Below, piece after piece: positions 10,308 through 17,306 of a stretch of 24,925 nt of DNA; within the stretch, counting starts at the first letter, position 1; every line of letters begins with the position of its first letter. The DNA lies in sequence record CAXMZX020001200.1; one strand, written 5' to 3'. The position numbers and the translations under genes were made by a program. The notes under the pieces were generated by a model, which was given only the letters and a program-made list of their open reading frames with translations, was not told the DNA's origin and made no database searches.

Positions 10308-11288
10308 ATGTGGCTTAATCTTTTAACTACTTTTTTAAATATTATCGACCTTGTTATTCCTTTATTAATCTCGGTGGCCTACTTCACTCTAGCAGAAAGA
10401 AAAATTATGGCCGGTATTCAAAGGCGTAGAGGTCCTAATGTTATCGGTTACATGGGTTTACTTCAGCCGTTAGCGGATGGTCTTAAACTTTTTGTTAAGG
10501 AGACCGTTTTGCCAACCAATGCAAATATAGTTCTTTTTGTATTGGCCCCACTTTGTACTTTTATTTTAAGCCTAATTAGTTGGGCAGTTATTCCTTTTAG
10601 TTTTGGTAATGTTATTGCGGATACTCAATTAGGGGGGTTATACTTCCTTGCTGTGTCTTCCTTAGGCGTTTATGGTGTTTTGATTTCAGGTTGGTCAAGT
10701 AATTCAAAGTATGCCTTTTTAGGCGCTTTACGTTCAGCAGCTCAAATGGTTTCTTATGAGATATCAATGGGTATTAGCTTAATTAATGTTTGTCTTTGTG
10801 TAGGTAGCTTAAATTTAACTGAAATAGTAGTTGCTCAGTTAGACATTTGGCTGATATTTCCTCTTTTACCCGTGAGTATAATGTTTTTTATAGGTTGTTT
10901 GGCTGAGACCAACCGTCATCCCTTTGACTTACCAGAGGCGGAGGCTGAGTTAGTTTCAGGCTATAATGTGGAATATTCAGCTATGGGTTTTGCTTTATTC
11001 TTTTTAGGTGAATACGCAAATATGCTGGTCATGGGCGCTTTGACTTCTATTTGTTTTTTAGGTGGCTGGTTGTCCCCCCTAGGTATTGGCATTTTACCTG
11101 ATGGTATTTGGTTTGGTTTAAAAATATCTTTTTTTGTTATTTTATTTATTGTGATGCGTGCTATCTTGCCTCGTTACCGTTATGATCAATTGATGAAACT
11201 CGGTTGGAAATGTTTTTTACCGCTAGCTTTAGCTTTATTTTTTATGTCTCAAGGAATTCTTATCTCATTTGATTGGCTTCCTAATTAA
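10308..11288 (+). CDS. nad1: NADH dehydrogenase subunit 1
   Basis: 326-aa ORF with [37 protein letters not shown] and [25 protein letters not shown]. Confidence 0.96.
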   Translation: MWLNLLTTFLNIIDLVIPLLISVAYFTLAERKIMAGIQRRRGPNVIGYMGLLQPLADGLKLFVKETVLPTNANIVLFVLAPLCTFILSLISWAVIPFSFGNVIADTQLGGLYFLAVSSLGVYGVLISGWSSNSKYAFLGALRSAAQMVSYEISMGISLINVCLCVGSLNLTEIVVAQLDIWLIFPLLPVSIMFFIGCLAETNRHPFDLPEAEAELVSGYNVEYSAMGFALFFLGEYANMLVMGALTSICFLGGWLSPLGIGILPDGIWFGLKISFFVILFIVMRAILPRYRYDQLMKLGWKCFLPLALALFFMSQGILISFDWLPN

Positions 11289-11999
11289 TAACTTGCCTTG
11301 ATATTCTTTATAAAGAGCCCAAATAATTATTTGTAGCTCATAAAAGGCTACCAAGGGTGCTCCGACGATAGCAAGGCTTAAAATATCGGGAGGTGTTATA
11401 AATGCCGCAATTATAAAGGCTACAATGTAAGCTATACCTCGGTGTTTAATCCACAATGTTTTTTGTGTATATCCTTGAAGTAAGCTTAGTATAAGCAAGC
11501 AAGGAAAGCTTAAGCTTAGTAGTTGGTTTAATTGTTGTATATTTTTCAGATAATCATTAAGTCTTGGTTCAAAAGTTAAGTGGATTGGTGCAAAATGTTG
11601 GGAGTGAGTTGAAAATAACTGCCACAGTAAGTTTATAAGGGCGGGAAACACCAGGGTGTAAATAAAGAAATAAAATAAAATAGCAAGTATTAAAATTTTT
11701 ATAACTATACTTGCTTCAAATTTAAAAAGGCCGGGTCTTAAAAATAAGTAAATTTGTATACTCATTAAAAAAAGGCTAAAGCTAAAGCTTAGAATGGTAC
11801 AAAGTTGCATGTAGGTAAAAAATATTTCAGTTAGTCCCGCGCTAACAAAATGGGATAAGCCTCGGGGTAATATTATAAAAATGATAGCCTGTTTGTAGTT
11901 ATATGTTGTTAAAAATAGTAGCACCGTACCAATAACCGCGTAAATTAAACGATAGTTAAGTTCTTGGAGGTAATAAATAGATAATTGTAATTTTCTCAT
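11265..11999 (-). CDS. tatC: Sec-independent protein translocase component TatC (mttB/ymf16)
   Basis: Hydrophobic ORF with [11 protein letters not shown] (compare HLxELRxRL), [16 protein letters not shown] and [23 protein letters not shown] (compare TPPD..SQ...P...LYE). The start was set at the internal ATG (11997-11999) because the longer ORF runs through trnW. TGA stop. The 3' end overlaps the nad1 3' end by 24 nt, convergently. Confidence 0.85.
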   Translation of the reverse strand: MRKLQLSIYYLQELNYRLIYAVIGTVLLFLTTYNYKQAIIFIILPRGLSHFVSAGLTEIFFTYMQLCTILSFSFSLFLMSIQIYLFLRPGLFKFEASIVIKILILAILFYFFIYTLVFPALINLLWQLFSTHSQHFAPIHLTFEPRLNDYLKNIQQLNQLLSLSFPCLLILSLLQGYTQKTLWIKHRGIAYIVAFIIAAFITPPDILSLAIVGAPLVAFYELQIIIWALYKEYQGKLLIRKPIK

Positions 12000-12010
12000 A
12001 AATAAAATCA

Positions 12011-12083
12011 GGAAAGGTAGTTCAATTGGTAGAACTTTGGTCTCCAAAGCCAAAGGTTGGGGGTTCAAGTCCCTCTCTTTCTG
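12011..12083 (+). tRNA. trnW: tRNA-Trp (anticodon CCA)
   Basis: Acceptor ggaaagg/tctttct (two G:U pairs), D stem gttc/gaac, anticodon stem ttggt/gccaa, loop ctccaaa, T arm ggggg-ttcaagt-ccctc. Confidence 0.8.
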
Positions 12084-12570
12084 CAGTTATATTAAAGTGG
12101 TTGTTTACATGCAAAGTAAGAAGGTCAAGTCTCCATGCCGGGGGTAAGGCTGTTATTTTTCTTTGGGTTTTAAAGCGTACCAAAAGAAAGCTATTTAAGA
12201 TTCAGGTAGCTTTAATATGAAGTATAATAAATGTAGTTGTACTAAATTGATTTTAACTTGTGCAAAAAGGTAATTATAGAGCGATATTGTCATCGTGCCC
12301 TTTGTGTTCTCGTCAGTGTATGCATATTTTTTTGTCGAATAGCCTGTATTATCCAGCCCTGTTCTATATTGAATTTACGATATAATAAGGTATCAGGACA
12401 GAGAATCCTGCGAATACAGGCTTGGGTCGGTTTTGATACCCTTATAAGGATTATATGAGGGTCTGAAAGTTTAGATTGATTTAATCAAGGGTTAATTGTT
12501 TTTAGCAATCAATCTCATATTGAGATTTGCTTGGGTTCCAGGTTACCCCTTAAAACCAAAATAAAATCAA

Positions 12571-13374
12571 ATGAGAAAAATCATCATAGCTAATACAAGG
12601 GTTTTTGGTTGGGTTCCAGGTTATTCGGTGGGACAATTTGTGAGTTTTGATAACAGACGTAATATGACGACTGTAACTAATAGTAATAGTAATGGTAATG
12701 GTGCCTTTAATCGGGAGACTTTTGAGCGATGGAGTGACTCTTCTGCTTTTTTATTTTTTTGTTTGCGGGATCTACGTAATACGCACGTGGCTAGCCTGGC
12801 TAATTCTGAGGTGCCGCGTATCCCATATTATCTTCTTTATACAAAAAAAGAGATTAGGGACATTATAGACGCTACATTTGCTCGTTGGAACTTCGAAACG
12901 GATGATTGTTTGGCTGATGAGAATGCTAGACGGAATGATTTACGGCCGGAAGCTTATAAATTATCAGCGGAGTATTACCAGGAAGTGTATTATTATGGTT
13001 TTCCCTTTGGTCCTGAGACTCGCTTTTTAAGCAGTAAAGGAGGTAGCGAGGAGCTTATGTCGGCAGCTCAAACAGCTTTAATATTCACTATGGTTACTTC
13101 CATAGAGAAGAGTCTAAAATTAGAGCGTTCTGAGGAGAAAAGAGACTACCATTTAATCGAGGATATTGGGTTTCATATGGATTCCATACTCTTCAGGATG
13201 GAATTTGGCTTGTCTTGTTGTGAGAAGATTGGCCTTAGAATCCATTATGATTCATGTGAGGAGAGTATTGTTTTTTATACGGAACTGAAGAAAAAGTATC
13301 GTATAAGTCAAAGACGTAAGGATTGGTCGGGCTATAGAAGCCCCCCCCGAACAATATACCCCAGACTGAGGTAA
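12571..13374 (+). CDS. Unassigned ORF (267 aa), hydrophilic, no recognisable domain
   Basis: ATG-initiated 267-codon ORF with no long hydrophobic segment. It is rich in acidic and aromatic residues (YYQEVYYYGFPFGPETRF). I recognise no similarity to any standard mitochondrial gene. Same strand as the downstream genes. Confidence 0.45.
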   Translation: MRKIIIANTRVFGWVPGYSVGQFVSFDNRRNMTTVTNSNSNGNGAFNRETFERWSDSSAFLFFCLRDLRNTHVASLANSEVPRIPYYLLYTKKEIRDIIDATFARWNFETDDCLADENARRNDLRPEAYKLSAEYYQEVYYYGFPFGPETRFLSSKGGSEELMSAAQTALIFTMVTSIEKSLKLERSEEKRDYHLIEDIGFHMDSILFRMEFGLSCCEKIGLRIHYDSCEESIVFYTELKKKYRISQRRKDWSGYRSPPRTIYPRLR

Positions 13375-13393
13375 TTGTGGATAAATTTTATAT

Positions 13394-14521
13394 ATGCGGA
13401 CAATAAAAATCAGTTTAACTAATATCATGAAGTTGGTAGACATATCAACTCGGATGATTACCACAGCATTTATTCTGTTTACCCTTTATAGGTTTTCAGA
13501 TTTTAATAGTGTTTCATCTTTCGCCGAGGCGTTTGAAAACATAAACAGTCACCTTATGAATCTAGGTACATCGAAATCCGTTGTACCTATTCAAAATGAG
13601 GTGGTTCTTTCAAGCGAAAGTATTACTAGCTTGGAGGTTAAAGATGACCAACTTGCTTTAGATGAAGGTGATAAACTCACCTCATCTGAAGAAAAGAAAG
13701 GTAAGGGAAGGTTCTATAAGGTTATGTTGGTGACAGGGGTTGTTTTATTTGTTGGTATTTGTTTAATTGGGGGTGGGTATTACCTGTTCAAAACAGGGGG
13801 TGATGTTAACAGCTTAGGTGGGTCAGCTGAAGACGTCGCTGAAGCGACGACAAGCTTAGCCGAGTTAGCTGAAGAGATAGGTGGGTCTGTTGAAGACCTA
13901 GGTGTGGTTAAGACAAGCTTAACTGGGTTAGCTGAAGAGATAGTTGAATCGACGACAAGCCTTGGTGACGCGACTGAAAATGCCGCGATATGCTTAGGTG
14001 AGTCATCTGGGGATATCGTTGAGGTGACTAAAGCCTTAAACTCTATCGCGGAGGTCAACAATAATTCGAGCAGAATTCTGTATTCTTCGGTAACGACGTT
14101 GGACGAGGCGGCTCGAAAAATCTTCGATTTAGGTGATTCTGTTGGTGGAATGACTGAAACTCTAGATAAGTCAGCCAAAACATTCATGGTAACAGCTCAG
14201 GAGCTTAGCTCTAAGATGGAAGAGGCAAACTGTAGTAAATACCTTGAAGGATCATGGTTAGATCCATATTCTGTAGGCGCCGACGGAGCAGATCCGTCGT
14301 CTGTAGGCGCCAAAGGGGCAGATCCGTCGTCTGTAGGCGCCAAAGGGGCAGATTCGTCGTCTGTAGGCGCCAAAGGGGCAGATTCGTCGTCTGTAGGTGC
14401 CAAAGGAGCAAGTAAAACTTCTACAAGCTCTTTAGACTTGTCGAGGGGGGTATCGGGCGGTGGGAAGACTCGAGTGGTTAAGTCGAATCTAAGAACTAAC
14501 AAGCACAAAAAAGGCAAATAG
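13394..14521 (+). CDS. Unassigned ORF (375 aa): predicted membrane-anchored, acidic, repeat-containing protein with a basic C-terminal tail
   Basis: ATG start 19 nt after ORF267. Hydrophobic segments ITTAFILFTLY and FYKVMLVTGVVLFVGICLIGGGYYLF. Repeated TSL(A/T)(E/G)LAEEI motifs. Five D(P/S)(S/Y)SVGA(K/D)GA decapeptides. Tail KTRVVKSNLRTNKHKKGK. Its size and position recall the orf377-class orphan gene of brown algal mtDNAs (from memory, unverified). Confidence 0.55.
   Translation: MRTIKISLTNIMKLVDISTRMITTAFILFTLYRFSDFNSVSSFAEAFENINSHLMNLGTSKSVVPIQNEVVLSSESITSLEVKDDQLALDEGDKLTSSEEKKGKGRFYKVMLVTGVVLFVGICLIGGGYYLFKTGGDVNSLGGSAEDVAEATTSLAELAEEIGGSVEDLGVVKTSLTGLAEEIVESTTSLGDATENAAICLGESSGDIVEVTKALNSIAEVNNNSSRILYSSVTTLDEAARKIFDLGDSVGGMTETLDKSAKTFMVTAQELSSKMEEANCSKYLEGSWLDPYSVGADGADPSSVGAKGADPSSVGAKGADSSSVGAKGADSSSVGAKGASKTSTSSLDLSRGVSGGGKTRVVKSNLRTNKHKKGK
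14261..14410 (+). repeat. Tandem repeat, 5 x 30 bp, in frame within ORF375
   Basis: Units at 14261, 14291, 14321, 14351 and 14381. Consensus gatccgtcgtctgtaggcgccaaaggggca. Copies 2 and 3 are identical, copies 4 and 5 differ by 1-3 nt, and copy 1 is more diverged. Confidence 0.95.
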
Positions 14522-14575
14522 ACTTTTTGTGCTTTTATCCGATGGAAATGTTTTAGGGGTGGCGTTGGTTCTAGT

Positions 14576-14698
14576 ATGAGGGTAAGCTTTCTTCAATTTC
14601 TATTTATTTCCTTTTTAGGTCTTCTTTTTTTTGCTGACTTTTCTCAGCTCGCCAAAAAAGTTAAACAAAAGCTTAAGGCTTATAAAAATTCGACATAA
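14576..14698 (+). CDS. Small ORF (40 aa): one hydrophobic helix plus a lysine-rich tail. Below the ORF-track length cutoff.
   Basis: Manual translation gives MRVSFLQFLFISFLGLLFFADFSQLAKKVKQKLKAYKNST* (ATG 14576, TAA 14696-14698). Size and position recall the orf41-class small ORF of Laminariales mtDNA (from memory, unverified). Confidence 0.3.
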   Translation: MRVSFLQFLFISFLGLLFFADFSQLAKKVKQKLKAYKNST

Positions 14699-14750
14699 CT
14701 ACTCTTTTATAACTTAGAAGATGTTATTTTATTTAATGGTCAAGCTTTAT

Positions 14751-14823
14751 CGGTTTGTAGTTTAATTGGTAAAACATAGTTCTCATGAAGCTAGCAATGC
14801 AGGTTCAAGTCCTGCCGAACCGA
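14751..14823 (+). tRNA. tRNA with anticodon CAU (elongator Met, or Ile via lysidine)
   Basis: Acceptor cggtttg/cgaaccg (C1:G72), D stem gttt/aaac, anticodon stem tagtt/agcta, loop ctcatga, T arm gcagg-ttcaagt-cctgc. Confidence 0.78.
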
Positions 14824-14835
14824 TTTTTGTTGTAT

Positions 14836-14907
14836 TGGAGTCTAGCCAAGTTGGTAAGGCGCCCGTTTTTGGTACGGGGACCGAAGGTTCGAGTCCTTCG
14901 ATTCCAG
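14836..14907 (+). tRNA. trnQ: tRNA-Gln (anticodon UUG)
   Basis: Acceptor tggagtc/gattcca, perfect anticodon stem cccgt/acggg, loop ttttggt, T arm gaagg-ttcgagt-ccttc. Confidence 0.85.
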
Positions 14908-14908
14908 G

Positions 14909-14990
14909 GCCAAGGTGGTGGAATTGGTATACACGCTGGGTTTAGGTTCCAGTCCTTTACAGGGTAGGGGTTCAACTCCCCTCCTTGGTA
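14909..14990 (+). tRNA. trnL: tRNA-Leu (anticodon UAG), long variable arm
   Basis: Acceptor gccaagg/ccttggt (G1:U72), anticodon stem ctggg/tccag, loop tttaggt, long variable arm, T arm agggg-ttcaact-cccct. Ends 1 nt before the rps12 ATG. Confidence 0.82.
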
Positions 14991-15377
14991 ATGTCAAAAC
15001 CAAATATTAATCAATGGTTTAAAAAAAGCAAAGGTCAAAAAGCAACCAAAGCAAAAAGTGTTGGTCTCCGAAGCTGCCCTCAAAAACGAGGGGTTTGTCT
15101 AAAAGTATTTGTCTGTTCACCAAAAAAACCTAATTCGGCTCGACGTAAGGTTGTTAAAGTACGTTTATCCAATAAAGTGACACTTACCGCTTATATACCG
15201 GGACAAGTTCATAGGTTGCAAGAGCATTCTCAAGTTTTAGTTAGAGGTGGTCGAATTCCTGACTTACCCGGTGTTAAGTATAGGTTAGTACGTAATAAGC
15301 TTGATTTAGAAGGCCTACCAGGTCGTAAGACATCTCGTTCAAAATATGGAACAAAAAAACTAGATAAAGGATGTTGA
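14991..15377 (+). CDS. rps12: Ribosomal protein S12
   Basis: [76 protein letters not shown] is a canonical S12 core. The ORF-track start (TTG 14985) lies inside trnL, so ATG 14991 was chosen. TGA stop. Confidence 0.93.
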   Translation: MSKPNINQWFKKSKGQKATKAKSVGLRSCPQKRGVCLKVFVCSPKKPNSARRKVVKVRLSNKVTLTAYIPGQVHRLQEHSQVLVRGGRIPDLPGVKYRLVRNKLDLEGLPGRKTSRSKYGTKKLDKGC

Positions 15378-15868
15378 AAACAAATAATAATTATCTTTAT
15401 TCATTAAGGGTGAAAAGTGATCCTTTAGCTACAAAAATGATTAATCTTCTAATGAGACATGGAAAAAGATCTAAAGCCGAAAAAGTTTTATCTCGGGCCC
15501 TCCAAAACTTAGATAAAAACTATCCTGGACAGGCCTTGCATATCTTTTATTCAGGTGTTATTAATGTCAAGCAAGATGTTGCTGTACGCCTTAAGCCAAA
15601 GCCTAGGAAAAGTCGGAATAAGCAATCTTATAACATATATCTACCTCGCGTAATCTCACCCCTTTGTGGTCTAGGTCTAGGGATCAGATCTATTATAAAA
15701 GCAAGTAAAGATCGGTCTCAAAGCTCGTTTTTACCTTTATGGGAAAGTTTAAGTCAAGAGTTGCTTCAAGCTTCTCAGAACAAGGGAGGCGTTGTTGAAA
15801 AAAAATATAAAGTTCACGCTTTAGCTTTGTCAAATAAACGTAGAGTTCATTTTGATATTCCAGGGTAA
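15371..15868 (+). CDS. rps7: Ribosomal protein S7 (divergent)
   Basis: 165-aa ORF directly after rps12 (str-operon order). The N-terminal [28 protein letters not shown] matches the S7 motif (d.l..kfin.lM..GKKs.Ae.I...A). Overlaps rps12 by 7 nt. Confidence 0.75.
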   Translation: MLKTNNNYLYSLRVKSDPLATKMINLLMRHGKRSKAEKVLSRALQNLDKNYPGQALHIFYSGVINVKQDVAVRLKPKPRKSRNKQSYNIYLPRVISPLCGLGLGIRSIIKASKDRSQSSFLPLWESLSQELLQASQNKGGVVEKKYKVHALALSNKRRVHFDIPG

Positions 15869-15890
15869 ACTTTCTATTTTAAATAGTCAA

Positions 15891-16193
15891 ATGTACTTCA
15901 TTCATTTTTTATTATTATCTACTCTATTGTTTATTATTGGTGTGGGAGGGGTTATTTTTAATAGAACAAATATCGTTGTTGTTCTAATGTCTTTAGAGCT
16001 TGCTCTTCTTTCGGTCAGTTTAAATTTTATTATTTTTTCTGTATGTTTAGACGATTTAACAGGACAAATTTTTGCTATTTTTATTTTGGTAATCGCGGCT
16101 TGTGAATCCTCAATAGGTCTAGCTATTATTCTAGTGTTTTTTAGGGTTCGTGGTAGTATTCGATTAGACCAGGCTTCTTTATTGAAATCGTAA
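15891..16193 (+). CDS. nad4L: NADH dehydrogenase subunit 4L
   Basis: 100-aa hydrophobic product from ATG 15891: MYFIHFLLLSTLLFIIGVGGVIFNRTNIVVVLMSLELALLSVSLNFIIFS...AACESSIGLAIILVFFRVRGSI. The ORF-track start is an upstream TTG. Confidence 0.9.
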   Translation: MYFIHFLLLSTLLFIIGVGGVIFNRTNIVVVLMSLELALLSVSLNFIIFSVCLDDLTGQIFAIFILVIAACESSIGLAIILVFFRVRGSIRLDQASLLKS

Positions 16194-16230
16194 AGGGCTT
16201 CTATGGCGAAACACAGGTTAGGTTCAAAAT

Positions 16231-16272
16231 CTTTTGTCTTTTGACGTCCTGGTTCGAATCCAGTTAAAAGTA
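16231..16272 (+). other. tRNA-like remnant: acceptor-like stem plus canonical T arm (possible t-element or degenerate tRNA)
   Basis: (c)ctgg-ttcgaat-ccag(t) is a canonical T stem-loop (16248-16264). The flanking ctttt(g) at 16231-16236 pairs with (t)aaaag at 16265-16270. I could not build an acceptable D arm or anticodon arm on either strand. A second T-loop-like aggttcaaaatct lies at 16220-16232. Confidence 0.35.
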
Positions 16273-16278
16273 ATAAAT

Positions 16279-16665
16279 ATGATTAGAACTCAAAGTCTTC
16301 TTAAAGTTGTGGATAATTCAGGAGCTAAATTAGTTAAATGTATTAAAGTAAAAAAAAAAAGAGGCAAATCTTATGCAGGCATCGGGGATACAGTTCTCGT
16401 TGCAGTTCAATCCTTACGACCACGTTATGGTAGACGCGTGAAGTTAAAAATGAATAAGTCAGAGGTTCATCATGGGGTTGTTGTACAAACCCGTCGGGTG
16501 TACAGAAATAAAAGTGGTTCAAGTCAGTCTTTTGGGTCGAATTCTGTCGCTTTAATTACGCCACAGTTAAAACCTCTAGGTACGAGAATATCTGCAGTTT
16601 TACCTTCGCGCCTGAGAGGTCTAAAATGGGCTAAATTAGCCGCGATGGCTAAAAAAATTATTTAA
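16279..16665 (+). CDS. rpl14: Ribosomal protein L14
   Basis: MIRTQSLLKVVDNSGAKLVKCIKV... matches the L14 N-terminus (MIQ.qT.L.vaDNSGAk...CI.V). ATG at 16279 chosen; the ORF-track start is an upstream alternative codon. Confidence 0.9.
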   Translation: MIRTQSLLKVVDNSGAKLVKCIKVKKKRGKSYAGIGDTVLVAVQSLRPRYGRRVKLKMNKSEVHHGVVVQTRRVYRNKSGSSQSFGSNSVALITPQLKPLGTRISAVLPSRLRGLKWAKLAAMAKKII

Positions 16666-16672
16666 ACTTTAA

Positions 16673-17227
16673 ATGCATTCTCTCAAAAATCATTATCATG
16701 ATGTTATTCAAAAAGATTTAATTCTTAGTGAAAATACATCAACAGTAGCAATGCTTCCTGCCCTTAAAAAAATTGATCTCGCTTTGGGGGGTAGTCACTC
16801 TGATGAAAATTTTGTTATTGCCTCTCTTGGCTCTTTAAATATTTTAACGGGTCAAAAGCCTTATTTGACACAACAAAAACCTGTAGGGCAAAAGAGTAGC
16901 TGTCATAAAGAGGCTGTAGGTGGGAAACTGACCCTTCGTGGCTCAAGTATGTTTAATTTTTTGCATAAGCTTTTGTTTGGGGTCTTTCCTCACATGAGGC
17001 AGTTTGAAGGTTTACGAGCCCCGTTGCATAAAGATTTATATTGTTTCGTCATAAAAGATATTTTTTCTTTTCAGGAGTTAGTGCCTTTATTTATTTATTT
17101 TGAAAGTGTAGGTTCTCTTCAGTGTCAATTTTATTTTACAACAAAGAGTGAATCTGAGGTTGTGGTCTTAGGTAATAGTCTACAACTTTGCTTTCTTCCT
17201 GTTGAAAAGCAGGAAAAGCGGAAGTAA
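16673..17227 (+). CDS. rpl5: Ribosomal protein L5
   Basis: 184-aa ORF after rpl14 (operon order). LKNHYHDVIQKDLILSENTSTVAMLPALKKIDLALGG fits the L5 N-terminal pattern (L...Y...v...L......n.m.vP.l.KIvvn.G). The 3' end overlaps trnG by 10 nt. Confidence 0.8.
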   Translation: MHSLKNHYHDVIQKDLILSENTSTVAMLPALKKIDLALGGSHSDENFVIASLGSLNILTGQKPYLTQQKPVGQKSSCHKEAVGGKLTLRGSSMFNFLHKLLFGVFPHMRQFEGLRAPLHKDLYCFVIKDIFSFQELVPLFIYFESVGSLQCQFYFTTKSESEVVVLGNSLQLCFLPVEKQEKRK

Positions 17228-17290
17228 CTCAATAGGTAGAGTGTAAGCTTGCCAAGCTTAAAGCTGAGGGTTCAAATCCCTTTTTTCGCT
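17218..17290 (+). tRNA. trnG: tRNA-Gly (anticodon GCC)
   Basis: Acceptor gcggaag/ttttcgc, perfect anticodon stem taagc/gctta, loop ttgccaa, T arm gaggg-ttcaaat-ccctt. Confidence 0.85.
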
Positions 17291-17306
17291 GGGTTGTTAA
17301 TATAAC

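Noticed and set aside
12026-12220. 64-aa plus-strand ORF, and the N-terminal 23 codons of the long tatC ORF (12000-12068, minus strand).
   Set aside because: Both run through trnW (12011-12083). The plus-strand ORF starts at TTG inside the tRNA D arm.
13252-13464. 70-aa minus-strand ORF spanning the ORF267/ORF375 junction.
   Set aside because: It is an AT-rich antisense frame overlapping two sense ORFs, with no supporting features.
14261-14410. Considered whether the 30-bp repeats could be a CRISPR-like array.
   Set aside because: The units are directly tandem with no spacers, lie in frame within an ORF, and the context is mitochondrial.
13780-14517. Antisense ORFs 13780-14187, 14197-14517 and 14211-14411, opposite ORF375.
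   Set aside because: They are open because of the repeat and compositional bias of the sense strand. The repeat array reads open in several frames. The sense ORF is longer, starts with ATG and follows the local gene orientation.
14785-14967. 60-aa ORF across the tRNA cluster.
   Set aside because: It lies entirely within trnM/I, trnQ and trnL(UAG).
16197-16272. Tried to fold the whole nad4L-rpl14 spacer as a complete tRNA. Models tested were Lys-UUU or Leu-CAA anticodon loops, and a type II tRNA with a gtc-tttt-gac variable arm.
   Set aside because: No model gave a paired acceptor stem, D arm and anticodon stem together. The best anticodon stems had 2-4 weak pairs. It is reported only as a tRNA-like remnant.
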